Shown here: positions 1-8,817 of the stretch, piece after piece | Position numbering within the stretch: the first letter of the stretch is position 1 | Layout: each line of letters opens with the position of its first letter | Source of the DNA: Salinispira sp. | Lineage (GTDB): Bacteria > Spirochaetota > Spirochaetia > DSM-27196 > Salinispiraceae | Length of the DNA stretch: 64,000 bases | Assembly (NCBI GenBank): GCA_965602015.1 | Contig: OZ271918.1 | Span: forward strand, 384,001-448,000 | Reading direction: 5' to 3' | The notes under the pieces: generated by a model | What the model saw: only the letters and a program-made list of their open reading frames with translations | Database searches by the model: none | Told to the model about the DNA's origin: nothing | Translations under genes and position numbers: made by a program

Positions 1-1175
1 GCGCCGATCATTACCGCATAATTAAGGTACAGCCGGTTGTAAATATAGGGTGATGAGGGAAATCCCGAGCGGATTTCATTGTAGGCCTTGTCCGAGGTGA
101 AGCGCCGCATGTGCGCTGGCTCTGCCCGGGTGATCGCGGTTTGAATCTGAAAGAAGGTGTTGGATGCGATGTCTTCCAGGTGCTGGACGCTGAAGTCGGG
201 GAATACCGATTTCAGACGGGAGGCCTTGCTGGTCATGTTGTATCGCCGCTTCAACGCCTTTTCCGCACCGTAATCGTCGGACTGACTGATTTCGGCCAGA
301 ATCCAATCGTATTCTCCGCTGTTAACAAGAGCATTGCAGTAGGGGCAGCTGCCCCGTTCTCCCATGTCTTCCGGTAGAGGGGCGTCGCACTTGGGGCAGT
401 TGTTGCTGGAATACATGTCGTATTCCCGCTGGCCGCTTCCGCTTCCGTCATCCTTCCTTCCCAGACGAATAAAACTCCAGAATTCCGTGAATCGCTCATG
501 ACCTCCGCTGTTTAATTGGGGTAGGTCCTGGCAGACAAAGCGGTCGTTGATGCTCGCATCGATACCCACATGGATTACGGAAAAATCCCCGTCTTCCTCA
601 AAGCTCTCAAAGAATACCTTATGCACCGTCACATTGCTTAATTCATTGGTCTGTTTGAGAAGCCTCATCATTTCGAACTGGGTAGTAAAGCGCTGGTAGA
701 CCCCGTCCGAGATAAATCGGCGGACCCCGGAAATATCCTGTTTGCTCCAGGCTTCCTGTATCGCCAGGAAGGCCGTGCGGACCTTTTTGGAGAATGCATC
801 TTCGTCGAATCCGGGGTTTTTTGTCATGAAGCGTTTTTGGCCGGGGGTTGAGCCCCGGTCCGCCGTCGGAATATTCCTGAACGCATTGCCGCTGGTCTGG
901 TCGTGGCTTCTTTTGCTCAGAATGACGATAATGCCCGCCACGCTGAGAATGAGGATGGTGGGAATGGGACCCAATACCCGGAACATCCACCAGACGAGGT
1001 ATATGATGAACCCGCCGTCACCACCGCCGCCGCCCGATGAGCTTCGACCGGAGGAGCTTCCCCCGGCGCCCCCCGCCCGGGCGAAGAGGAGGGCCCCTCC
1101 GCCGACGAGCAGGAAAACGAGAATCAGTATAAAGATGCGCTTACATCTGAGCGAGAATATCCTTTTTCTTTGCAT
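1..1175 (-). CDS. Tim44-like domain membrane protein with zinc ribbon (partial, runs off window start)
   Basis: Not in the ORF track because there is no stop in the window. Manual translation from ATG at 1175: MQRKRIFSLRCKRIFILILVFLLVGGGALLFARAGGAGGSSSG..., TM segments, then FDEDAFSKKVRTAFLAIQEAW...EFWSFIR (Tim44-like), CPKC..CPYC, YDWILAEISQ, then a second similar repeat. Start is uncertain and overlaps the SPFH gene end. Confidence 0.75.
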   Translation of the reverse strand, partial: MQRKRIFSLRCKRIFILILVFLLVGGGALLFARAGGAGGSSSGRSSSGGGGGDGGFIIYLVWWMFRVLGPIPTILILSVAGIIVILSKRSHDQTSGNAFRNIPTADRGSTPGQKRFMTKNPGFDEDAFSKKVRTAFLAIQEAWSKQDISGVRRFISDGVYQRFTTQFEMMRLLKQTNELSNVTVHKVFFESFEEDGDFSVIHVGIDASINDRFVCQDLPQLNSGGHERFTEFWSFIRLGRKDDGSGSGQREYDMYSSNNCPKCDAPLPEDMGERGSCPYCNALVNSGEYDWILAEISQSDDYGAEKALKRRYNMTSKASRLKSVFPDFSVQHLEDIASNTFFQIQTAITRAEPAHMRRFTSDKAYNEIRSGFPSSPYIYNRLYLNYAVMIG

Positions 1176-2142
1176 CGTACTCTTCCTGGGTAATCAGCTC
1201 GGCGTCGAGCATTTTTTTGAGTTTGGCGAGCTTTTCCACCGGATCGTCCGCCGGAGCCCCTGCCTGTTGGCCCATCTGGCCGGACATCATATTGCCGAAT
1301 GCCATTCCCGCACCCATGCCCATGCCCATGCCTGCTCCGCCCCCTTCATTGGCTGCGGCGGCCTTCATGGCGTCGAGCTGCTGCATCTGGGCGTAGTTGA
1401 TGCCCGCCGCTGAGGCAGCCTGGGCTTCGGCGCTCATATCCGCAATGCGGTTTATTCTGCGCATAGTGTCTTCGTCGAAACTGGTTCCCTCTATCCGGAA
1501 GTCCTCGAGGATAAAGCCCAGTTCTTCAAAATCGGATTTTATTTTCGCTTCGAGGCCCGCGGAAATCTCATCCCGTTCGCGGTCGATCTGGGCATAACTG
1601 AATCCCGCTTCGGCGAAGTAATCCGTGAGGGGCCCGATGATACGCCCGCCCATGGTTTTTCGGAATTCCGAGAGGGCATAGCTCGGGGAGGCCCCGGACA
1701 CGTTCACAAAGAAGCTCTCTGGCTTGTGAATCCGGAAGCTGTAGTTGCCAAAAGCCCGCAGTCCGACGGGGAAGTTGTACACCGGATCCTGATATTTTAT
1801 GAGGCTTGGAGTGCCCCACTTCTGATCGACAATCATTCCCCGCTTGAAGTAGTAAATGCCCACCTTGTGTTCCGACACAAAGCCCTGCATGAACTTGCTG
1901 ATAGTCGTCCAAAACGGCACATTGTCGGTGTCCAGCTCATAACTGCCCTCTTCGAGGAACACACTCTCAACCTTGCCCTCGTAGACAAAAATGCAGCCCT
2001 GTCCCGGCCCCACGATGAGGGTGGAAGCGTTCTTTATTTCGTCCCCGTTATCGCTCCAACGGTAAAACAGTACATCCGCTGCGGGGTTCTGCCATTCGAT
2101 TACCGATCTGAACTGACTTCGTAGTGATCCAAAAATACCCAT
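1141..2142 (-). CDS. SPFH (Band 7, YdjI-like) domain protein with C-terminal SHOCT domain
   Basis: RSVIEW..LIVGPGQGCIFV..KWGTP..LRAFGNYSFRI pattern, GGAGMGMGMGAG linker, and SHOCT-like EKLAKLKKMLDAELITQEEYDAKKKDIL. GGAGG RBS. Confidence 0.85.
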   Translation of the reverse strand: MGIFGSLRSQFRSVIEWQNPAADVLFYRWSDNGDEIKNASTLIVGPGQGCIFVYEGKVESVFLEEGSYELDTDNVPFWTTISKFMQGFVSEHKVGIYYFKRGMIVDQKWGTPSLIKYQDPVYNFPVGLRAFGNYSFRIHKPESFFVNVSGASPSYALSEFRKTMGGRIIGPLTDYFAEAGFSYAQIDRERDEISAGLEAKIKSDFEELGFILEDFRIEGTSFDEDTMRRINRIADMSAEAQAASAAGINYAQMQQLDAMKAAAANEGGGAGMGMGMGAGMAFGNMMSGQMGQQAGAPADDPVEKLAKLKKMLDAELITQEEYDAKKKDILAQM

Positions 2143-2230
2143 AAAACCTCCGGAATGCGCCCTTTGAAATCATCACTGGGGGCGTCTGTCAGGTATACCA
2201 CCTGAGCCTTTAGTATATTCAACCGGCGGC

Positions 2231-3910
2231 TTATTTCCAGCGGTTCCTGAAATATTGGCGGATGAGATTAAACAGGTAATAGGAGGTCATCAGGGCGGCG
2301 ACGCCGAACCCCGCGAGCCCGACTATCGGCATGCCGTTCCACAGCGGCGGAATGCCCGAGCTGAAAATCATCGCCGAAGAGACCATTACCGCAGTAAGAA
2401 GGAGGCCGTAGACCACCCGGGATCCCACCTCGTCGAAGGTCTTCCGCAGTGGCTCGACACCTTCAATTTTAAACTCTATTCCCAGGCGTCCCCGCCGAAG
2501 CTGACGGAGTATCTCCCGGGTCTCCCGGGGGAAATCCTTGACCAGGGCTGCATAATCGCTGCTCACTTCAACGAATGCTCTCTGGGCCCGTTTGGGGTTG
2601 AATTGCTCCCGGATGACCTTGCGGACCACGATTCCCATTATGCTGCCGATGGTGAAGCTGGGTTCGAGCTGTTTTCCCACCCCGTCGATGGTAATGATGG
2701 CCTTGCTCATCAGGAAGTACTTGCTGGGCAGAATAAGATTGTGATTGCTGATAATCGCCATAATCTCCTGGAGCGCCCGGGCAAACTGAATATTTTCCAG
2801 GGGGAGGTTTATGTACTGGTCAATGATCTCGAAAAGATCGGTGCGGAAGGCGTCGATATCTATAGGTCCTCTCTGGCCGACCAGGCTTAATACGATTTCA
2901 ACCAGCCGTTCGTAGTCATTGCTCGAAACCGAGATTATCGCCTGATGCAGCTTGTCCATCTCCGCCGGGCTGATTTGCCCCATGATTCCGCAGTCGAGAA
3001 AGCAAATCCTTCCGTCATTTAACACGAGGATGTTTCCCGGATGAGGATCGGCGTGAAAAAACGCATGGACAAATACCTGGTCGATAATAGAGCGGGTTCC
3101 CAGTTTGGCGATCCGCCGGCGCTCGCTGTCCGAAATGCGCTTTGGATCCCTCAGGAGGGATGAGAGCTTGCGCCCGTGCATAAACTCCATAACCAGAAGC
3201 CGCTCGTTTGAAAGCCTGGTGTGCACCTTGGGTATGAGGACCTGTGTGGACCCTTCAAAGTTTCGGGCGAAGCGCTGCATATTCTGGGCTTCGTGATGGA
3301 AATTCACTTCCCGGCGCAGGGATTTGGAGAATTCCTGGACGAGATTGACCGGCTGAAGGGGCCTGAGTGCCGGGATGTAGTGGTCAACCTGCTTGGCTAT
3401 CCATAAAAGGATCTCCATATCTTCGTCAATGAGCTCGCGGATGCCCGGGCGCTGTATTTTTAGCGCCACCTCGCCATAGCCAGAAATCTGGGCTTTGTGA
3501 ACCTGGGCGATTGATGCGCTCGCTTCCGGTTCTATTTCGAAGTGAATCAGGTTCGCGTCTTTCGGCAGGAGCTGCTCGATGAGCACCTCGATGGTTTCCG
3601 CCGGGAGGGGGCTCACATTGTCCTGAAGCCGACTGAGTTCCCGGATGTACTCCTCCGGAATCACGTCCTTGCGTATTGAAAGCATCTGGCCGAATTTCAC
3701 AAAGGTCGGTCCCATTTCTTCGATGGCCAGGCGGATGCGCTGGGGCCGGCTTTGGCCCAGGACCTGTCCTTTTTTCCGGCGAAGTCTGGACGGCCTGATA
3801 TGAATATGGGAAAGCCAGTCGCGGAAGCCGTACTTCATTAATATTGTGCCGATCTGGCGTATGCGTCTGGCTGGTCGTGACATACTACTAACTATACTCT
3901 TTTGTGACAT
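2231..3910 (-). CDS. ABC1/UbiB (AarF) family atypical protein kinase
   Basis: EMGPTFVKFGQMLS, ASASIAQVHKA, VALKIQRPGI, FFHADPHPGNI, DCG motifs and C-terminal TM helices. Start is 3910 or 3883. Confidence 0.9.
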   Translation of the reverse strand: MSQKSIVSSMSRPARRIRQIGTILMKYGFRDWLSHIHIRPSRLRRKKGQVLGQSRPQRIRLAIEEMGPTFVKFGQMLSIRKDVIPEEYIRELSRLQDNVSPLPAETIEVLIEQLLPKDANLIHFEIEPEASASIAQVHKAQISGYGEVALKIQRPGIRELIDEDMEILLWIAKQVDHYIPALRPLQPVNLVQEFSKSLRREVNFHHEAQNMQRFARNFEGSTQVLIPKVHTRLSNERLLVMEFMHGRKLSSLLRDPKRISDSERRRIAKLGTRSIIDQVFVHAFFHADPHPGNILVLNDGRICFLDCGIMGQISPAEMDKLHQAIISVSSNDYERLVEIVLSLVGQRGPIDIDAFRTDLFEIIDQYINLPLENIQFARALQEIMAIISNHNLILPSKYFLMSKAIITIDGVGKQLEPSFTIGSIMGIVVRKVIREQFNPKRAQRAFVEVSSDYAALVKDFPRETREILRQLRRGRLGIEFKIEGVEPLRKTFDEVGSRVVYGLLLTAVMVSSAMIFSSGIPPLWNGMPIVGLAGFGVAALMTSYYLFNLIRQYFRNRWK

Positions 3911-3961
3911 ATATGCCAGTGCGGAGTGTTTGAAAGGATAGACAAAAGCAAAGGAGCACAT

Positions 3962-4504
3962 ATGAAAACCATTGGAAGATATGCAATAACCGCACTGATA
4001 TGTTTCGCCGCGGCGGCATCTTTAGGTGCACTTGGAGGCGGCGGGGCATTCTACGGAACCAACAGCGCCATCGGCAACCGATACAGCACCGCTGATTTTA
4101 CCCCCATGAGCATTCAGATGACCGGAGGCTACGGCTACGGCGTTGATTGGGACGGAACCAAAATCGGAGGTTTCGGTATGAGTTTTAACGAGTCCGGCAG
4201 CGATTCTCCCGCCGGAGGCTTCGGCGGAATGATCTTCGGCAGCTACAGCCGCCTCGGACCCTTCAGTTTCAGCGGCAATGCCCTGCTCGGCGTCGGCGGT
4301 CTCTCATGGCCCCAATACTTTCCTCCCGAAGGCGGCGTCGCCCTTATGACCCAGGTTGATGTGGAGTTGGGATTCCCAATCGTTCCCTGGTTTCAGGTGA
4401 GCGCCTACGGCGGTATGCAGTTTCTCATGCCCTTGTCCGACCGCTCGGACCGCATCATGCGCTACCCGGTAATGGGACTGCGGTTCACCTGGGGAGATTT
4501 CTGA
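3962..4504 (+). CDS. Exported hypothetical protein, possible outer-membrane beta-barrel
   Basis: AAGGAG RBS, signal peptide, Gly/aromatic-rich alternating strands, C-terminal LRFTWGDF. Confidence 0.6.
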   Translation: MKTIGRYAITALICFAAAASLGALGGGGAFYGTNSAIGNRYSTADFTPMSIQMTGGYGYGVDWDGTKIGGFGMSFNESGSDSPAGGFGGMIFGSYSRLGPFSFSGNALLGVGGLSWPQYFPPEGGVALMTQVDVELGFPIVPWFQVSAYGGMQFLMPLSDRSDRIMRYPVMGLRFTWGDF

Positions 4505-4535
4505 TAAATCAGCCGAACTTTCACTCTTTATATAT

Positions 4536-4570
4536 AGCGCCCCGGCAGATTGCCACGGGGCGCTTTTTTT
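4536..4570 (+). terminator. Intrinsic terminator
   Basis: AGCGCCCCG...CGGGGCGCT stem followed by a T run. Confidence 0.7.
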
Positions 4571-4584
4571 AGTACATATGATCC

Positions 4585-5028
4585 ATGCAGACAAAAAGTA
4601 TAGATGAGTCCAAGGAATACCTCGAAGAGATGGCTGAAGAACTCAACGCACTGGCCGCCATGGACCAAATGGAAATGTACAGGATGCTTACCGACGTGGG
4701 AAATGAGATACCGTCGATTAAAGAAGAGGACAAGACCGATGACAACTTTGTCCGCGGCTGCATTTCCAATGTATATGTCGCCCATGAAATCCGAGACGGC
4801 AGAATCTGGTTTCGGGGTTCCAGCGAGGCCATGGTTGTGCGAGGCTATCTTTCCATCTTGATTCAGGCTTTGAGCGGTTTGACTACCGATGATCTGCTTC
4901 AGGGCTCCCGTCCGTTGGTAGAGCATTTCGGCGAGGCCACGAATATCAGGGCGAACCTTACCCCGAGCCGGGCGAACTCCTTCGGAAATATCTATTCCAT
5001 GATGCGGGCCAAGGCGGAGAAGAGCTGA
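4585..5028 (+). CDS. sufE: SufE family Fe-S cluster sulfur acceptor
   Basis: NFVRGCISNVYV (catalytic Cys), GSSEAMVVRG, LTPSRAN motifs. Confidence 0.85.
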   Translation: MQTKSIDESKEYLEEMAEELNALAAMDQMEMYRMLTDVGNEIPSIKEEDKTDDNFVRGCISNVYVAHEIRDGRIWFRGSSEAMVVRGYLSILIQALSGLTTDDLLQGSRPLVEHFGEATNIRANLTPSRANSFGNIYSMMRAKAEKS

Positions 5029-5049
5029 CAAGTTTTTTATCGGCCTCGG

Positions 5050-5078
5050 TTGACAAATAAAGGGCAATTTGCTACATT
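5050..5078 (+). promoter_or_regulatory. Sigma70 promoter for the tRNA/secE-nusG operon
   Basis: TTGACA (5050-5055), 17 bp, TACATT (5073-5078) with a TGn extension, 20 nt before tRNA-Thr. Confidence 0.8.
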
Positions 5079-5098
5079 CTGCGAGCATTTTTTACCAT

Positions 5099-5171
5099 GC
5101 CTCTGTAGCTCAGTCGGTAGAGCACCACCATGGTAAGGTGGGGGTCATCGGTTCAAGTCCGATCGGAGGCT
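5099..5171 (+). tRNA. tRNA-Thr(GGT)
   Basis: Cloverleaf: GCCTCTG/CGGAGGC acceptor stem, CCACC-ATGGTAA-GGTGG anticodon arm, TTCAAGT T-loop. CCA not encoded. Confidence 0.95.
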
Positions 5172-5274
5172 CAATGATTGCTGGGAAAAAGGCCGGTCAA
5201 TAGCCGGCCTTTAGTAGCATGGCCCCGGTATTGTACTGGCGTCGGGGAGTTTCCTGCGGCAATCAGAAAATCAC

Positions 5275-5347
5275 AGGCCTATAGCTCAATTGGCAGAGCG
5301 TCGGTCTCCAAAACCGAAGGTTGTAGGTTCGATTCCTACTGGGCCTG
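5275..5347 (+). tRNA. tRNA-Trp(CCA)
   Basis: AGGCCTA/TGGGCCT acceptor stem, TCGGT-CTCCAAA-ACCGA anticodon arm, TTCGATT T-loop. Canonical position before secE. Confidence 0.95.
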
Positions 5348-5446
5348 CTTGTATTGAAATCAACGGGTATCAAAATCTGGATGAAAAACCCCGGCCCGGC
5401 ATAATTTGTACCGGATTTCGGGGATTTTTTGTAGAAGGGATGCAGC

Positions 5447-5626
5447 ATGAAACGTATTGTGCAATTTTTCAAGGACAGTATAGCTGAATTAAAAAAGGTC
5501 GTCTGGCCCAGCCGCGAAGAGGTTTCCAGTAATGCAAAGGTAGTTCTCGTTTCCATTGCGCTGTTTGCCATCGCGCTTGGTCTGGTGGATTTTGTCCTGG
5601 CAAGCGTCGTAGACCTGATATTCTGA
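5447..5626 (+). CDS. secE: Preprotein translocase subunit SecE (59 aa)
   Basis: Manual translation MKRIVQFFKDSIAELKKVVWPSREEV... has the ELKKVVWP motif and one TM helix. Lies between tRNA-Trp and nusG; below the ORF-track cutoff. Confidence 0.95.
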   Translation: MKRIVQFFKDSIAELKKVVWPSREEVSSNAKVVLVSIALFAIALGLVDFVLASVVDLIF

Positions 5627-5716
5627 TGAACTGAAACCGCAGGGGTTTGCTCCGGCGGCACATTGCATCCGGCAATAGCCGGCAGCTTTCGCATCAGAAT
5701 TTTACGAGGGGGTACC

Positions 5717-6271
5717 ATGGCCAAGGGCTGGTATGTATTACACACATTTTCCGGGCATGAAAATAAAATAGAGCGCACTATCAAAAAAATGATAGAAGAC
5801 GGCGAGCTCGGCGAGGCGGTCTTTGATATAAAGGTACCTTCAGAGAAGGTTGTCGACGTCAAGGACGGTAAGCGCAAAGAACGGATGCAAAAGGTCCTTC
5901 CGGGTTACATCCTGCTCGAAATGGACCTTCCCGACCTGGGCTGGAAGCCCGTATGTTCCACCATCCGTCGCCTCCAGGGTGTCACCGGGTTTGTGGGCAG
6001 CAGCTCGAATGCCAAGCCCCAGCCCATCAGCAACGAAGAAGCCCGCAATCTGCTGGCCCGGATGGGCGAAATAAAGGGCGACAATTCCTACCGTCCGAAG
6101 CAAAGTTTTGTGGTGGGCGAGTCTGTGCGAATCATCGACGGTCCATTCGAGAGTTTTACCGGAACCGTTGAAGAGGTGCAGGACGATAAAAACCGCCTGA
6201 AGGTCATGGTGGGTATTTTTGGCAGAAACACCCCTGTAGAGGTTGAATTTCTGCAGGTTGAAAAGGTATAA
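5717..6271 (+). CDS. nusG: Transcription termination/antitermination factor NusG
   Basis: WYVLHTFSGHENK, LPGYILLEM, KOW motif VRIIDGPF, IFGRNTPVEVEF. Confidence 0.97.
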   Translation: MAKGWYVLHTFSGHENKIERTIKKMIEDGELGEAVFDIKVPSEKVVDVKDGKRKERMQKVLPGYILLEMDLPDLGWKPVCSTIRRLQGVTGFVGSSSNAKPQPISNEEARNLLARMGEIKGDNSYRPKQSFVVGESVRIIDGPFESFTGTVEEVQDDKNRLKVMVGIFGRNTPVEVEFLQVEKV

Positions 6272-6349
6272 GTAGCGACCCGGCAACGGGTTGTTGAAAT
6301 ATTTGTCGGTCCGGTATAGGGCCGTTGTCGCATCTGCGGCAAAAAGCTG

Positions 6350-6383
6350 GTGGGAGTCTCCAAAACGGGGACGTTATGACCAC
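6350..6383 (+). promoter_or_regulatory. Probable L1-binding autoregulatory site in the rplK leader
   Basis: GTGG-GAG-hairpin-TTATGA-CCAC asymmetric internal loop directly 5' of the rplK RBS, resembling L1 operator sites. Confidence 0.6.
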
Positions 6384-6394
6384 GAGGAGTACAT

Positions 6395-6826
6395 ATGGCT
6401 AAGAAAAAAGTCACTGGAATGATCAAGCTCCAGGTACCCGCACAGAAGGCCACTCCGGCCCCTCCTGTGGGTCCTGCCCTTGGTCCCCATGGGGTAAGCG
6501 CACCCCAGTTCGTTCAGCAGTTCAACGATGCTTCGAAAAATGTTGAAGCTGGACTTCTGGTTCCCGTCGTAATTACCGTGTATCAGGACAAAAGTTTCAC
6601 TTTTGAAATGAAGAGTCCTCCGGCGGCCGTTCTTATTAAAAAAGAGATCGGTCTGGCTTCCGGTTCTGCTGAACCTCACAAGGTCAAGGTCGGAACCATA
6701 ACCCGGGATCAGCTGAAGAAGATCGCCGAGATAAAAATGAACGACCTCAATGCCAACGACATTGACGCCGCCATCAATATCATTGCCGGCACCGCCCGTT
6801 CCATGGGCGTCAAGGTGGAGGGCTAA
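6395..6826 (+). CDS. rplK: 50S ribosomal protein L11
   Basis: [13 protein letters not shown] and IAGTARSMG motifs. Confidence 0.98.
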   Translation: MAKKKVTGMIKLQVPAQKATPAPPVGPALGPHGVSAPQFVQQFNDASKNVEAGLLVPVVITVYQDKSFTFEMKSPPAAVLIKKEIGLASGSAEPHKVKVGTITRDQLKKIAEIKMNDLNANDIDAAINIIAGTARSMGVKVEG

Positions 6827-6829
6827 TCG

Positions 6830-7507
6830 ATGAAACGCGGAAAGAATTATAAAGGCGCAGTTGCCACATACGACAAGGCTCAGGCCTTCAGCACCGAAGA
6901 CGCGGTAAAAATGGTCAAGGAAATGGCCTTCGCAAAATTCGACGAAACCGTCGAAATCTCCATGAGGCTCAACGTCAAGAAGAGTACCACCATCAGGGAT
7001 ACCCTGGTGCTTCCTCATCAGTTCAAAACCGAAAAGAAGATCCTGGTTTTTGCCAAGGGCGACAAGGCCCAGGAAGCTAAGGATGCCGGCGCGGCGTTTG
7101 TGGGCGATGACGACCTTATCGCAAAAATAAAAGACGGCTGGTTGGACTTTGACGTGGCTGTCGCAACTCCGGATATGATGAAGGATGTGGGCCGTCTCGG
7201 TCAGATTCTCGGTCGCCGTGGCCTGATGCCCAACCCCAAGACCCAAACCGTTACTTTTGATGTGGCTGCGGCCATTAATGAGTTGAAAAAGGGCCGGGTC
7301 GAGTTTCGTTCTGACAAGACCGGTGTTATCCACCTGGCGGTGGGCAAGGTTTCCATGGATCCCGCGGCCCTTGCGGAAAACATCAACATCGTCATCGGTG
7401 AGGTAGAGCGCAAGCGTCCGGCCGACACCAAAGGCGATTTCATCAAGAGTCTTGCCATCTCCTCCACCATGGGTCCCGGCGTCAAGCTGGTTCAGGTGAG
7501 CGAGTAA
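6830..7507 (+). CDS. rplA: 50S ribosomal protein L1
   Basis: [18 protein letters not shown] and SSTMGPG motifs. Confidence 0.98.
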   Translation: MKRGKNYKGAVATYDKAQAFSTEDAVKMVKEMAFAKFDETVEISMRLNVKKSTTIRDTLVLPHQFKTEKKILVFAKGDKAQEAKDAGAAFVGDDDLIAKIKDGWLDFDVAVATPDMMKDVGRLGQILGRRGLMPNPKTQTVTFDVAAAINELKKGRVEFRSDKTGVIHLAVGKVSMDPAALAENINIVIGEVERKRPADTKGDFIKSLAISSTMGPGVKLVQVSE

Positions 7508-7526
7508 TAACCGGGAGGATTGAACC

Positions 7527-8063
7527 ATGTCTGATTACGTAACGAAAGTTAATAGCGGAAAAAAAGAAGCGGTACAGGCTATCAAGGACAGTTTCGAAGG
7601 GGTGAACGATTTTATCTTCACCGATTACCGTGGTCTCAGCGTTGAGCAGATCACCCAGCTTCGAACCAAGCTCCGGGAATTAAACGCCGAGTATCATGTC
7701 ATTAAAAACAACTTCGCCAAGATCGCCTTCCGCGACCTTGAGTATCCCGAAGTTGAAGACTACCTTGTCGGCCCCACTGCTGTTGCGATGGCCCGGGATG
7801 AGTCAGGTCCGGTTGCCAAGGAGCTGTTGAAGCTTGCGAAGGACTGGCCCCTTGAGGTCAAGGGCGGCCTGATCAACGGCAATGTCTTCGACGATGCTCA
7901 GGTCACCGAGTTTTCCCAGCTGCCGACCAGAATCGAGCTGATCGCCAAGCTGATGGGAACCATGAACGCCCCTCTGCAGAACTTCGTCTACGCCCTCAAC
8001 GGCGTGTCCACCAAGCTGGTGCGCACCCTTCAGGCTGTGGCCGACCAGAAAGCAGGGAATTAG
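7527..8063 (+). CDS. rplJ: 50S ribosomal protein L10
   Basis: DYRGLSVEQITQLR, VIKNN and GPTAVA motifs; synteny. Confidence 0.97.
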   Translation: MSDYVTKVNSGKKEAVQAIKDSFEGVNDFIFTDYRGLSVEQITQLRTKLRELNAEYHVIKNNFAKIAFRDLEYPEVEDYLVGPTAVAMARDESGPVAKELLKLAKDWPLEVKGGLINGNVFDDAQVTEFSQLPTRIELIAKLMGTMNAPLQNFVYALNGVSTKLVRTLQAVADQKAGN

Positions 8064-8191
8064 TACCCTCGGGAAGGGGCTTCGGTCTCATCCCATAGCA
8101 TTGACTATGAACGGCGTTAGTCTTCTGAAAAGAGGGTGCTATGCTATCGCCGTCATAAAACCGCCCGCTTCCGGCACCGCCGGTGGCGGTG
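8061..8191 (+). ncRNA. Candidate structured cis-regulatory RNA in the rplJ-rplL spacer
   Basis: Multiple helices read directly from sequence, a cUUCGg tetraloop, and two extra pairings from the 3' tail (see findings). Confidence 0.5.
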
Positions 8192-8223
8192 GATAAAAAT
8201 TAAATAGTAAAGGAGAAGATAAT

Positions 8224-8604
8224 ATGGCACTTTCTACTGAAGAAATTTTAGATGCAATTGCAGGCATGACCGTTCTCGAAGTATCCGAGCTGGTCAAGGC
8301 AATGGAAGACAAGTTCGGCGTAACCGCCGCTGCTCCCGTAGCCGTTGCTGCGGGTCCCGCTGCCGGTGCTGCCGAAGAGGCTGCCGAAGAGCAGAGCGAA
8401 TTCACCGTTAAAATCGCCGGCGCTGGTGACAAGAAGATCAACGTCATCAAGGCTGTGCGGACCATCGTTTCCGGCCTCGGCCTGAAAGAAGCAAAGGAAC
8501 TCGTTGAGTCCAACGGCGTCGTGAAGGAAAATGTCTCCAAGGAAGAAGCAGCGGAAATCAAGAAAACTCTTGAAGACGCTGGCGCCACTGTCGAAGTTAA
8601 GTAA
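8224..8604 (+). CDS. rplL: 50S ribosomal protein L7/L12
   Basis: [28 protein letters not shown] and [11 protein letters not shown] motifs. Confidence 0.98.
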   Translation: MALSTEEILDAIAGMTVLEVSELVKAMEDKFGVTAAAPVAVAAGPAAGAAEEAAEEQSEFTVKIAGAGDKKINVIKAVRTIVSGLGLKEAKELVESNGVVKENVSKEEAAEIKKTLEDAGATVEVK

Positions 8605-8817
8605 GGGGACTGTGTCCGATACTGTCGACATTGAGCATTAATCAATACCGGAACTCACCGTTGGTTTCGCCCGGCAAGGGCTGTGCGGAACCGCGGTGAT
8701 TCTGTATCTTTAAAGGATGTGCGTTTCGGGCTGTCCGGAAGCGTCCTTGTTCGGTAAAGCTGCGATTTAGTATACTTTACTGTCCTATATACATTTAAAC
8801 CTGGTGCGGGGGAACTG

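Noticed and set aside
742..1413. 223-aa Pro-rich plus-strand ORF
   Set aside because: Antisense shadow of the Gly-rich Tim44-like gene and the SPFH 3' end.
8061..8157. HDV-like ribozyme
   Set aside because: The nesting is superficially similar, but I could not place P1.1, P4 or the J4/2 catalytic C.
8061..8223. Stop-codon readthrough giving an L10-L12 fusion
   Set aside because: Another in-frame TAG follows after 18 codons, and rplL is in a different frame.
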